This document shows, in pieces, positions 23,970 to 32,610 of a stretch of 64,000 nt of DNA. A model generated the notes under the pieces. The model was given only the letters and a program-made list of their open reading frames with translations. It was not told the DNA's origin and did no database searches. The stretch is taken from the NCBI GenBank assembly GCA_031441465.1, contig JANOEP010000066.1, positions 94,132-158,131 of the forward strand. The letters run 5' to 3'. Within the stretch, counting starts at the first letter, position 1. The number at the start of each line of letters is the position of its first letter. Both the position numbers and the translations under genes were made by a program. This DNA comes from a bacterium (GTDB taxonomy: Bacteria > Krumholzibacteriota > Krumholzibacteriia > LZORAL124-64-63).

Positions 23970-26561
23970 ATGCCGAAGACTCGCCACCGTTCCGACTCGG
24001 AGCATGCCAGCCCGAGGACCTCCGCCACCAAAACACCGCTGCGGGAGACGACGCTGCGGCGACGCGCCGGGCTGGCCGCCGCGTCCCTCGCCTTGGCGTG
24101 CGTGTGCGCGTCCGGATCGGCGGCGACCGCCTGCACCGATTACCGGGACCACATCCGCGGCGTCAGCAGAGTCGACACGCCGGGACTGGCCTACGACGTG
24201 GCGGTCTCCGGCCTCTACGTCTACGTCGCGGACTGGTTGGCCGGCTTGCAGGTGATCGATGTCTCGTTCCCGTACTACGCCCAGATCGTGGGCGGCATCG
24301 ACACGCCGGGTCACGCCATGGACGTCGTCATCGTGGGGGATCTCGCCTACGTCGCGAATTACGAGCTCGGCCTGCAGGTGATCGACGTCTCGGATCCGCG
24401 ACACCCCTGGCTCAAGGGCAGCGTGGACACGCCGGGGCACGCCTGGCAGACGGCCGTGTCGGGCGACCGCGCCTATGTCGCGGACGATCTGTTCGGCCTC
24501 CACGTGATCGACATCACGGACCCGGCGCACCCGCAGCTCCTGGGCAGCGTGGACACGCCGGGGCACGCCTGGGGGGTGGCCGTCGCGGGGCCTTACGCCT
24601 ACGTCGCGGACGAGAATTTCGGTGTGCAGGTGGTCGACGTCACGGACCCCGCGAGTCCGCAGATCGTCGCCTGCCTGGACACGCCCGGCCAAGCCCGAGA
24701 AGTGGTCATCGCGGGCGCCAAGGCCTACGTCGCGGACGGCGACGCGGGCCTGCAGGTGTGCGACCTCTCGGACCCCGCCGACCCGCAGATCGTCAGCGGC
24801 GTCGACCGCTTCGGCTACTGCCACGGCGTCGTCTTGACGGGAACCACGGCTCACGTCGTGTTCGATTCCTACGTGTGCACGATCGACCTGTCCGACCCCC
24901 TGGCACCCGTCGTCGAGGACGGCCAGGGGATCGCCAGCGGCGCCACCAGCATCGCTGTTTCCTGGCCCTACGCCTTCGTGGCGAACGGCAGTTCCGGGGT
25001 GTTGGCGTTGGACGTTTCGGTCCCCGGGATCATCGGGAGCGTCGAGGCGCCGGGAGAGGCCGCAGCCGTCGCGGTATCGGGCGTCCACGCCTACGTGGCG
25101 GCCAGGGATGCCGGACTGCAGGTGTTCGATGTCGCGGATCCCTACCATCCCTTGGTCGTGACCGGTCTGGACACCCCGGGATACGCGGGCGACGTGGCGA
25201 TCTCGGGCACCTGCCTGCTCGTCGCGGACGGGGATGCGGGGCTGCAGGTGGTCGACATCGCGGATCCGGGTAACCCCGTGATCGTCGGCACGCTGGAGAC
25301 GCCCGGATTCGTCGGCGGCGTGGCGGTCGAGGGGACGATCGGCTACGTCGCGGCCGGGACGATCGGGTTGCTGGTGGTCGATCTCGCCGACCGCGAGCAC
25401 CCGGCGGTCCTGGGCAGCGTGAACACGCCCGGTTTCGCCCTGGACGTCTGCGTCGGGCGGGGCTGCGCCTACGTCGCGGACAGGAATACGGGCGTGCAGA
25501 TCGTCGATGTCGCGAACCCGTCGCAACCCGTCCTGCACGGCAACCTCGACACGCTCGGCGACGCCGAGGGCCTCGCGCTGGACGCGCGCTACTGGTACGG
25601 CCGCCTCTTCATCGCCGAAGGGGATTCCGGTCTCCAGGTCTACGACGTGTCGTCCCCGCTCTATCCCTGGCTCGTCGACAGCGGCACGACTCCCGGCCCC
25701 GCCCGCCGGATCGCGATCACGTACAACCACGCCTACGTCGCTCTCGAAGACCATGGTCTCTACGTCATGGAACGATCCTCGGGCGGCCCGTTCGCGGTCG
25801 AGCAGGTCAACGTGCCGGGACTGGTCCGCGGCGTCGCGGTCTCGGGATCCTTCGTCCTGATCGCTGCCGGGCCCGCCGGGTTGGCCGTGATGCCGGTCCA
25901 GTGCGACCTGAGCGTCCCTAACCTGCTCGCTTCGTTCAACGCGGCGGTGGCCGCGGCGTCGCCGCCATCGCCTGCGGCGCCCGGGCTGCCGGGCGCGCCG
26001 CTGCAGCGGCCGCGGGCCGTCGATCTGACCTGGTCGCTCACCGCCCCCCCGGCGCCCGGGTCCCTGCGCCTCGCCGCCGAATGCGCCGGCGCGGGTTGGG
26101 ACATCCCCTTCCTGCCGGACCCCCAGGGCGCCGCCGGGATGAGCTACGTGGCCCGCGATGACTCCCCCCTGCTCGCAGGCGTGCCGCGGGCACGCTACAC
26201 GCTGCTGCACGCCGTGACCCCCGGCGCCTGGACGGCGCTGGGCGACGTGACGGTCGTGTTCGGGACTTCCGAGACGCCCGGCGCGGCCGTGCCGCAACTC
26301 CACGTGTACCCGAATCCCTTCAACCCGAGCACGCAGGTGTCGTACGAGCTGACGCGGCCCGGCGTGGCGCGGGTGACGGTCCACGCGCTGACCGGCGCGT
26401 TGGTGCGGGTGCTGGCGGACGGGCCGCAGGCCGCGGGAGCGCACTTCGCGACGTGGGACGGCCGGGACGGGCGGGGGCGCGAGATGCCGGCCGGCGGGTA
26501 CGTGGTGCGGATCGCGACGGAGGCGGGGACGGGGGCGGTGAAGGCAGTGCTGGTGCGTTGA
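23970..26561 (+). CDS. LVIVD-repeat beta-propeller protein with C-terminal sorting domain (paralog 2)
   Basis: 863 aa with tandem repeats of the GLQVIDVSDP..P...G.VDTPG.A..V.V.G..AYVA type. The C-terminal 85 aa is identical or near-identical to paralogs 1 and 3. Confidence 0.8.
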   Translation: MPKTRHRSDSEHASPRTSATKTPLRETTLRRRAGLAAASLALACVCASGSAATACTDYRDHIRGVSRVDTPGLAYDVAVSGLYVYVADWLAGLQVIDVSFPYYAQIVGGIDTPGHAMDVVIVGDLAYVANYELGLQVIDVSDPRHPWLKGSVDTPGHAWQTAVSGDRAYVADDLFGLHVIDITDPAHPQLLGSVDTPGHAWGVAVAGPYAYVADENFGVQVVDVTDPASPQIVACLDTPGQAREVVIAGAKAYVADGDAGLQVCDLSDPADPQIVSGVDRFGYCHGVVLTGTTAHVVFDSYVCTIDLSDPLAPVVEDGQGIASGATSIAVSWPYAFVANGSSGVLALDVSVPGIIGSVEAPGEAAAVAVSGVHAYVAARDAGLQVFDVADPYHPLVVTGLDTPGYAGDVAISGTCLLVADGDAGLQVVDIADPGNPVIVGTLETPGFVGGVAVEGTIGYVAAGTIGLLVVDLADREHPAVLGSVNTPGFALDVCVGRGCAYVADRNTGVQIVDVANPSQPVLHGNLDTLGDAEGLALDARYWYGRLFIAEGDSGLQVYDVSSPLYPWLVDSGTTPGPARRIAITYNHAYVALEDHGLYVMERSSGGPFAVEQVNVPGLVRGVAVSGSFVLIAAGPAGLAVMPVQCDLSVPNLLASFNAAVAAASPPSPAAPGLPGAPLQRPRAVDLTWSLTAPPAPGSLRLAAECAGAGWDIPFLPDPQGAAGMSYVARDDSPLLAGVPRARYTLLHAVTPGAWTALGDVTVVFGTSETPGAAVPQLHVYPNPFNPSTQVSYELTRPGVARVTVHALTGALVRVLADGPQAAGAHFATWDGRDGRGREMPAGGYVVRIATEAGTGAVKAVLVR
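26022..26561 (+). repeat. conserved 3' cassette (copy 2; extended homology with copy 3)
   Basis: Shares RAVDL.WSL ... MSYVARDDSPLLAG ... PNPFNPSTQVSYE... with 28675-29224. Confidence 0.65.
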
Positions 26562-26629
26562 ACGACGTCGCATTGCAGGTATGACGACGCGTGGTGCAGA
26601 TCGTTGTCACGAATCGAGGAGGCCCGGCC

Positions 26630-29224
26630 ATGACAGGATGCCCGTCGAGTCCGTTTCATTGGCACGTCCTGGCGCGGGCCAGGCGCCCGATCGCGCCGCT
26701 GCGCGGGAGGCCGGTGTGTGGCCTCGGTCTGGTGGTCGTGATCCTCTCGCTGGCCTCCAGCCTGTACGGGGTCGATTGGTGGTACTGTTTCAACTACTAC
26801 GGTTACTTGAAATGGGTGGGTAGGCTCGACACGCCTGGCAACGCCAGCGACATCGAAATCGCCGGCGGTCACGCCTACGTCGCCGATTTGTTTTCGGGAC
26901 TGCAGATCGTCGATATCACCGGACCGGAGCCGCCCCAGATCGTCAGCAGCATTCCGATCACCAACGGCGCGATGGGCGTCGCCGTCGAGGGCGACCACGC
27001 CTTCGTCGTGGACGCCGCCGCACGTCTGCATGTCGTCGACGTTACGGACCCCGCGGAACCTGAGGTCGTCAGCAGCGTGGACGTGGAGGGATCTGCGTAC
27101 GGCGTGGTCATCGCCGGTCACTACGCCTACATGGCCGCCGGTTACGCCGGAGTCCAGATCATCGACATCACGGACGTGAGCGACCCGCGGCTGGTCGCGA
27201 CCGTCAACACCCCCGTCTCCGCGATGGGCGTGACCATCTCGGGATCGTACATCTACGTTGCTGACGGCACTTCCGGCCTGCAGGTGATCGACATCACGGA
27301 TCCGGCCACGGCGCAGATCGTGGGCGGGCTGAACACGCCGGGAGAAGCTCTCAACACGGAGATCGTCGGCGCTTATGCCTACATCGCGGATTCCGGTACC
27401 GGATTGGTGGTGGCGGACATCACGATCCCCCAATCGCCGGTGATCGTCGCTGTGGTGCCCATGCCGGGGAATGCCCGGGATATGGTGTTGTCGCCAGCAT
27501 TCCTCTACGTCGGGGACTCGACGGGCCTGCATCTGGTCGACGTCACGGCACCCGGGTCTCCCGAACTCGTCGACAGCTACGGGCTCACTGATGACGTCAC
27601 GAGCGTGGCCGTGGTGGGCGATCTCGTCTTCGCCGCCGTCGATGTGCGTGGGATCGAGATCATCGAGACGACGGATCCGGTCCCCTCGGCCAGCTTGGAC
27701 CTGCCGGGAACCGCCGCTGGCGTATCCGTCCAGGGCGATTACACATACCTCGCGTGCGGCGATGCCGGATTGTGCGTGGTCGATGTCTCGAACTATCTGG
27801 ATCCCCGGTTGGTAGGCACCGGGATCGTGCCGGGGAATGCCGTCGATGTGGCAGTCGTGGGGCCGTACGCCTACGTCGCCGCCAGCGAGTCCGGCCTCCA
27901 GGTGGTCGATGTCTCCGACCCCGCGAGTCCACAGCACGTCGGCGGTGTGGACACGCCGGGTTCGGCGTGTGCGGTCGCGATCGCCGGCACCATCGCCCAT
28001 GTCGCGGACGGCGTCGGCGGTCTGCTTCTGGTCGACGTTGCGGACCCTGTTCATCCCGCCATCGTCGGCGGCGTGGACACGCCGGGCAGCGCCCAAGGTG
28101 TATACGTGTTGAATTCCCGAAACAAGACTTACGTCGCCGATGGTGTGTCGGGCGTGCAGGTCGTCGATATCGTGGATCCCGGAAACCCCGTGATCGTGGA
28201 TGTCATCGAGACGCTGGACGACGCCGTCGGCATCACCTTCACGTCGACTCACGGCATCCTCGGCTATCTCTACGTGGCTGAAGGCGTCGGCGGCATCCAG
28301 GTATTCCGCGTCATGGCCGACGGCCAGGTGACACCTCAGGCCATCGGTGGACTGGCCTCGCCGGGCGGTGCCCGGAACCTGTGCATCTCCGGACCCTACG
28401 GCTACATCGCCGAGGGTCCGGCCGGGATCCAGGTGTGCCAGTATTACCAGCAAGGTCTGCAATCCGTTCGCCTCGTCGATGAAATCGCCGAAGCGCTGGA
28501 TGTGATCGCGAACAATAGGAACGTCTATGTCGCGTGCGGCACCGCCGGATTGACTGTTCTGCCGCAACAATGCTCTGGAGAGGGAGTGCCGGTCGTGCTG
28601 TCCACATTCACCGCCGCCGTGAGCGAACCCGATGCGGGGGACTCCGAGGTCCAGGGCGCACCGCCACGACGGCCCCGGGCCGTCGATCTGGCGTGGTCGC
28701 TAGCGGAGCCGATCGATGCGATATCCTTGCGGCTGAGCGCCGAGTCGGCCGGCGATAGCTGGGACGTCTCCTTCCTGCCGGGCCCCCTCGGCGCACCCGA
28801 CATGAGCTATGTCGCCCGTGACGATTCCCCCTTGCTGGCGGGGGCGCCTTCGGTCCGCTACACGCTGCTGCACGCCGCGTCTCCCGGCGCCTGGGCGGCG
28901 CTGGGCGACGTGACGGTCGTGTTCGGGTCCTCGTCGACGCCCGGCGCGCTCGTGCCGCAGCTCCACGTGTACCCGAACCCCTTCAACCCGAGCACGCAGG
29001 TGTCGTACGAGATGGCGCGGCCCGGGACGGCGCGGGTGACAGTCCACGCGCTGACCGGCGCGCTGGTGCGGGTGCTGGCGGACGGGCCGCAGGCCGCGGG
29101 GGTTCACTACGCGGTGTGGGATGGCCGGGACGAGCGCGGGCGCGAGATGTCGGCCGGCGGGTACGTGGTGCGGATCGCGACGGAGGCGGGGACGGGGGCG
29201 GTCAAGGTGGTGCTGGTGCGCTGA
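26630..29224 (+). CDS. LVIVD-repeat beta-propeller protein with C-terminal sorting domain (paralog 3)
   Basis: ATG at 26630 after gaggagg. Has the same repeat architecture. The last about 180 aa are highly similar to paralog 2. Confidence 0.8.
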   Translation: MTGCPSSPFHWHVLARARRPIAPLRGRPVCGLGLVVVILSLASSLYGVDWWYCFNYYGYLKWVGRLDTPGNASDIEIAGGHAYVADLFSGLQIVDITGPEPPQIVSSIPITNGAMGVAVEGDHAFVVDAAARLHVVDVTDPAEPEVVSSVDVEGSAYGVVIAGHYAYMAAGYAGVQIIDITDVSDPRLVATVNTPVSAMGVTISGSYIYVADGTSGLQVIDITDPATAQIVGGLNTPGEALNTEIVGAYAYIADSGTGLVVADITIPQSPVIVAVVPMPGNARDMVLSPAFLYVGDSTGLHLVDVTAPGSPELVDSYGLTDDVTSVAVVGDLVFAAVDVRGIEIIETTDPVPSASLDLPGTAAGVSVQGDYTYLACGDAGLCVVDVSNYLDPRLVGTGIVPGNAVDVAVVGPYAYVAASESGLQVVDVSDPASPQHVGGVDTPGSACAVAIAGTIAHVADGVGGLLLVDVADPVHPAIVGGVDTPGSAQGVYVLNSRNKTYVADGVSGVQVVDIVDPGNPVIVDVIETLDDAVGITFTSTHGILGYLYVAEGVGGIQVFRVMADGQVTPQAIGGLASPGGARNLCISGPYGYIAEGPAGIQVCQYYQQGLQSVRLVDEIAEALDVIANNRNVYVACGTAGLTVLPQQCSGEGVPVVLSTFTAAVSEPDAGDSEVQGAPPRRPRAVDLAWSLAEPIDAISLRLSAESAGDSWDVSFLPGPLGAPDMSYVARDDSPLLAGAPSVRYTLLHAASPGAWAALGDVTVVFGSSSTPGALVPQLHVYPNPFNPSTQVSYEMARPGTARVTVHALTGALVRVLADGPQAAGVHYAVWDGRDERGREMSAGGYVVRIATEAGTGAVKVVLVR
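28675..29224 (+). repeat. conserved 3' cassette (copy 3)
   Basis: Same as the entry above. Confidence 0.65.
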
Positions 29225-29458
29225 AGCGGTCCGGTCCTGTTCCCAGCTCGTCTGGCTCGCCAGGCCTCCGATTCCGGGCGAAGTCTTTCGCCGGTGGTGA
29301 CGTTTCCGTATCATTTCTATGATTATGACAGTCGAGTATCGATCCGATATGCAGTTCCAGGGTATCGCCCGCCAGGGTGCGGCATCACGAAGGGAGCGTC
29401 GACGTCCTGACGGATCCGCTCCGGCAGTTCGTCGGCGACACGGACACATCCACCTTCA

Positions 29459-31825
29459 ATGCCAAGGATGATCACGATGAAGACCCGATCGGCACCAGGG
29501 AAAGTTCCGGAGATCCGGCTGCTGCTCGTGCTCGCGACTGCGCTGGTCGCCGCGCTCGCCGGCTTCACGACCAGCGCCGGAGCCACCGGCGAGATCCTCA
29601 GTTGGGGCGGGACGGTCGTCGTCGCCCAGGATGCCTTGACTAACCTGTCGGCGGTGTCGGCGGGCGAGGGGCATAGCCTGGGTCTGAAGACCGACGGGTC
29701 GATCGTCGCCTGGGGACGCAACAACTTCGGCCAATGCACCGTGCCGGCGCCCAACGCGGGGTTCGCGGCGGTGGCGGCCGGCGGCGAGTACAGCCTGGGC
29801 CTGAAAGCCGACGGCTCCGTCGTGGTGTGGGGATCCAGCCAGGACGGTCTTCATGACGTGCCCGCGCCGAACCTGGGATTCACGGCCGTGTCGGCCGGGA
29901 TCTACCATGCGCTGGGCCTGAAGGCCGATCAGACCGTCGTGGCGTGGGGCTACAACCTTGCGCCGGGCGGCGATCCCGGCGGCCAGTGCGACGTGCCGTC
30001 TCCGAATCAGGATTTCACGGCGGTCGCCGCCGGCGGATTCCACAGCGTGGGCCTGAAGTCCGACGGGTCCGTCGTCTGTTGGGGTAACAACCGGAGCGGC
30101 CAGTGCGACGTGCCTGCGCCGAACACGGGCTTCACGGCGATCGCGGCGGGCATGGACCACAGCATGGGTCTGAAGGCCAACGGTTCCATCGTCGTGTGGG
30201 GCGACAACAGTATGGGCCAGTGGAACGTGCCGGCGCCGAACTCCGGGTTCATGGCCCTGGCGGCGAGCAGGTACGGCAGCACGGGTCTGCGGCCCAACGG
30301 CACGATCGTCGCCTGGGGCGACGACTGGGGGATGGGCCCCGCCGTGCCGTACCCGAATGCGGACTTCACGATGATCGCGACGGGATCCATGCACAAGCTG
30401 GCCCTGAAGTCCGACGGGACCGCCGTCGCCTGGGGCTCGAACGTGTTCGCCCAGTGCAACCTGCGCCCGGCGAGCCTCGGCTGCACGGAACTGGCTGCGG
30501 GGACGATGCACTGGCTGGGCCTCAAATCGAACGGATCCATCGTCGGCTGGGGTGCGAATTCCAGCGGCCAGGCCACGGCGCCCACGGTGAACACGGGTTT
30601 CACGGCGCTAGGGGCGGGACGATACCACAGCCTGGCTCTGAAGACCGATGGTTCGATCGTCGCCTGGGGTGGCAACTTCAACGACGATCTCGAATACACC
30701 GGCCAGTGCAACGTGCCGGCGCCGAACGCGGGGTTCGTGGCGATCGCCGGGGGCGGCTATTTCAGTTTGGGCGTGAAGGACGACGGCTCCGTCGTCGCAT
30801 GGGGTGACAACCGGCTCGGCCAGTGCGACGTGCCGGCGCCGAACGCCGGGTTCGCGGCGGTCGCGGCGAGCGACCGTCACAGCCTAGGCCTGATGCTCGA
30901 CGGCTCCGTCGTCGCCTGGGGGGACAACCTGCACGAACAGTGCAACGTCCCCGGATCGAACTCGGGCTTCACGGCGATCGCGGCGGGCGGCGACCACAGC
31001 CTGGGGTTGAAGGTCGACGGCTCCATCGTCGCTTGGGGAGACAACCAGTTCGGCCAGTGCGAGGTCCCCGCGCCGAACGCGGACTTCATCGCGGTGGCGG
31101 CGGGCGACATCCACAGCCTGGGCCTGAAATCCGACGGGTCGATCTTCGCGTGGGGGAGCCACGGATCCGGTCGGTGCGACGTGCCCGCGCCTAACGCGGG
31201 TTTCACGGCGATCGCGGCGCGTGGCGACGTCAGCCTGGGGATCCGCAGCCTCGTGCCGCAATCCGTCCAGCTGACCCGGTTTGACGTCGAGCGCCGCGGC
31301 GGCCGGGCGACGGTCCGCTGGGCGATGTCCCGGCCGCTCGACCACGCCGGCTTCCATCTCTGGCGGCAGGAGCCCGGCAGCGACCGTGTTCGTCTGAGCC
31401 AGATGCTGTTGATCGGTGAGAACACCTACGACTTCATCGACCGGTCACCGCCGAGGGGAAAGGCGGAATATTGGCTGCAGGAAGTGACGACCGACGGTTC
31501 GGAGAACTGGTACGGCCCCGCGCTCCTGGAGGCAGCCCCGATTCCGACTTCCTTGCATTTGGCCCAGAATCGTCCCAACCCTTTCAATCCAAGCACATCG
31601 TTCAACTTCGAGCTCCCAAAACCTGGCCGCGCCGTACTGGTGATCTACGACGTGCGGGGCGCACGTGTCGCAACATTGGTCGATGCCGGCGTGTCCGCCG
31701 GTGAGCAAAGCATGGAATGGGGCGGCCTCGATGACGGCGGTGTCCCGATGCCTTCGGGGATCTACTTCGCGCGGCTGGAGGCGGAGGATGGTATTCGGAC
31801 GATCAAGGTGACTCTGGCGCGATAA
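29459..31825 (+). CDS. RCC1-repeat (alpha-tubulin-suppressor-like) beta-propeller protein with C-terminal FlgD-Ig / Por-tail-like domain
   Basis: 788 aa with about 13 tandem repeats of HSLGLK.DGS.V.WG.N..GQC.VP.PN. The C-terminus is RPNPFNPSTSFNFELPKPGRAVLVIYDVRGARVATL...GIYFARLEAEDGIRTIKVTLAR. Confidence 0.8.
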   Translation: MPRMITMKTRSAPGKVPEIRLLLVLATALVAALAGFTTSAGATGEILSWGGTVVVAQDALTNLSAVSAGEGHSLGLKTDGSIVAWGRNNFGQCTVPAPNAGFAAVAAGGEYSLGLKADGSVVVWGSSQDGLHDVPAPNLGFTAVSAGIYHALGLKADQTVVAWGYNLAPGGDPGGQCDVPSPNQDFTAVAAGGFHSVGLKSDGSVVCWGNNRSGQCDVPAPNTGFTAIAAGMDHSMGLKANGSIVVWGDNSMGQWNVPAPNSGFMALAASRYGSTGLRPNGTIVAWGDDWGMGPAVPYPNADFTMIATGSMHKLALKSDGTAVAWGSNVFAQCNLRPASLGCTELAAGTMHWLGLKSNGSIVGWGANSSGQATAPTVNTGFTALGAGRYHSLALKTDGSIVAWGGNFNDDLEYTGQCNVPAPNAGFVAIAGGGYFSLGVKDDGSVVAWGDNRLGQCDVPAPNAGFAAVAASDRHSLGLMLDGSVVAWGDNLHEQCNVPGSNSGFTAIAAGGDHSLGLKVDGSIVAWGDNQFGQCEVPAPNADFIAVAAGDIHSLGLKSDGSIFAWGSHGSGRCDVPAPNAGFTAIAARGDVSLGIRSLVPQSVQLTRFDVERRGGRATVRWAMSRPLDHAGFHLWRQEPGSDRVRLSQMLLIGENTYDFIDRSPPRGKAEYWLQEVTTDGSENWYGPALLEAAPIPTSLHLAQNRPNPFNPSTSFNFELPKPGRAVLVIYDVRGARVATLVDAGVSAGEQSMEWGGLDDGGVPMPSGIYFARLEAEDGIRTIKVTLAR

Positions 31826-31858
31826 ACGGCTTGTCGTTCCAGCTGGATGCACCCACGT

Positions 31859-32191
31859 TCACCCGGCGATCTGCGCGGCCCTGCGTCGGATCACCGCTCC
31901 CGCAATGGCGCCAGCGAACGACATCGCGAGTACCAGGAGCATGCCGACGTTCAACTGACGCCATTCAGCAACGATCAGCGGTCCAGCAATCAGGATGGCC
32001 GCCACCCACGGGAGCACGCCGGCGAGTGCGGCCAGCCCCGCTGTCAGCAACAGCGCACCCGCCGTGATGCCCGTATCGTCCCAGTTCGGGCGGGTGTCCA
32101 TCCAGGCGATGGCCAGCCCCGCGGCCAGCGTCAGGACGAGGCCCACGGCGGCCACCGCCGCGGACCGCGGCCCTTTCGATGTCTTCGGCAT
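31859..32191 (-). CDS. hypothetical small membrane protein
   Basis: Three hydrophobic helices (AAVAAVGLVLTLAAGLAIAW, AGALLLTAGLAALAGVLPWVAAILIAGPLIV, MLLVLAMSFAGAIAGAVI). The start chosen is the internal M (MPKTSKG). Confidence 0.4.
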   Translation of the reverse strand: MPKTSKGPRSAAVAAVGLVLTLAAGLAIAWMDTRPNWDDTGITAGALLLTAGLAALAGVLPWVAAILIAGPLIVAEWRQLNVGMLLVLAMSFAGAIAGAVIRRRAAQIAG

Positions 32192-32358
32192 GGGAGCCTC
32201 CCGTCTCGCTCCGGATCCGGGGCGTGACTGCCAGCGAACCTGGTCACGGTAACGGAATCCTCGAACACGCGCCAAGCCTCTTCGTTCCGGCCCGGCAGCA
32301 GGAGAATCGCGCTGGCGCCCCCCGCCCCCCTCCGCTAGGATCCCCCCGGAGGTACCCC

Positions 32359-32577
32359 ATGTTCCTGAAACTCCTGCTCTGGCTGCTGCTGTTCGTGCTG
32401 TGCTGGCCGCTGGCCATCCTGGCGCTGATCTTCTTCCCGCTGATCTGGTTGCTGCTGCTGCCGTTCAAGATCCTGGGCATCGCGGTCACCGGCGTGCTGG
32501 AACTGTTCAAGGCGATCATCATGCTGCCGGCCAGGGTGCTGGGCGGACGTCCCGGCGCCAAGCCGAAGCGCCCCTGA
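32359..32577 (+). CDS. hypothetical small hydrophobic protein (72 aa, 2 TM)
   Basis: ATG at 32359 after ggagg. Sequence is MFLKLLLWLLLFVLCWPLAILALIFFPLIWLLLLPFKILGIAVTGVLELFKAIIMLPARVLGGRPGAKPKRP. Confidence 0.45.
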   Translation: MFLKLLLWLLLFVLCWPLAILALIFFPLIWLLLLPFKILGIAVTGVLELFKAIIMLPARVLGGRPGAKPKRP

Positions 32578-32610
32578 GGCGCCGCCCACCGCTCCCGACG
32601 AAGGACCACC

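Noticed and set aside
21162-29224. Possibility that the tandem near-identical 3' ends form a CRISPR-like or other simple repeat array
   Set aside because: The repeats are about 250-550 bp coding cassettes embedded in large ORFs. They are not short direct repeats with spacers. No cas genes are present.
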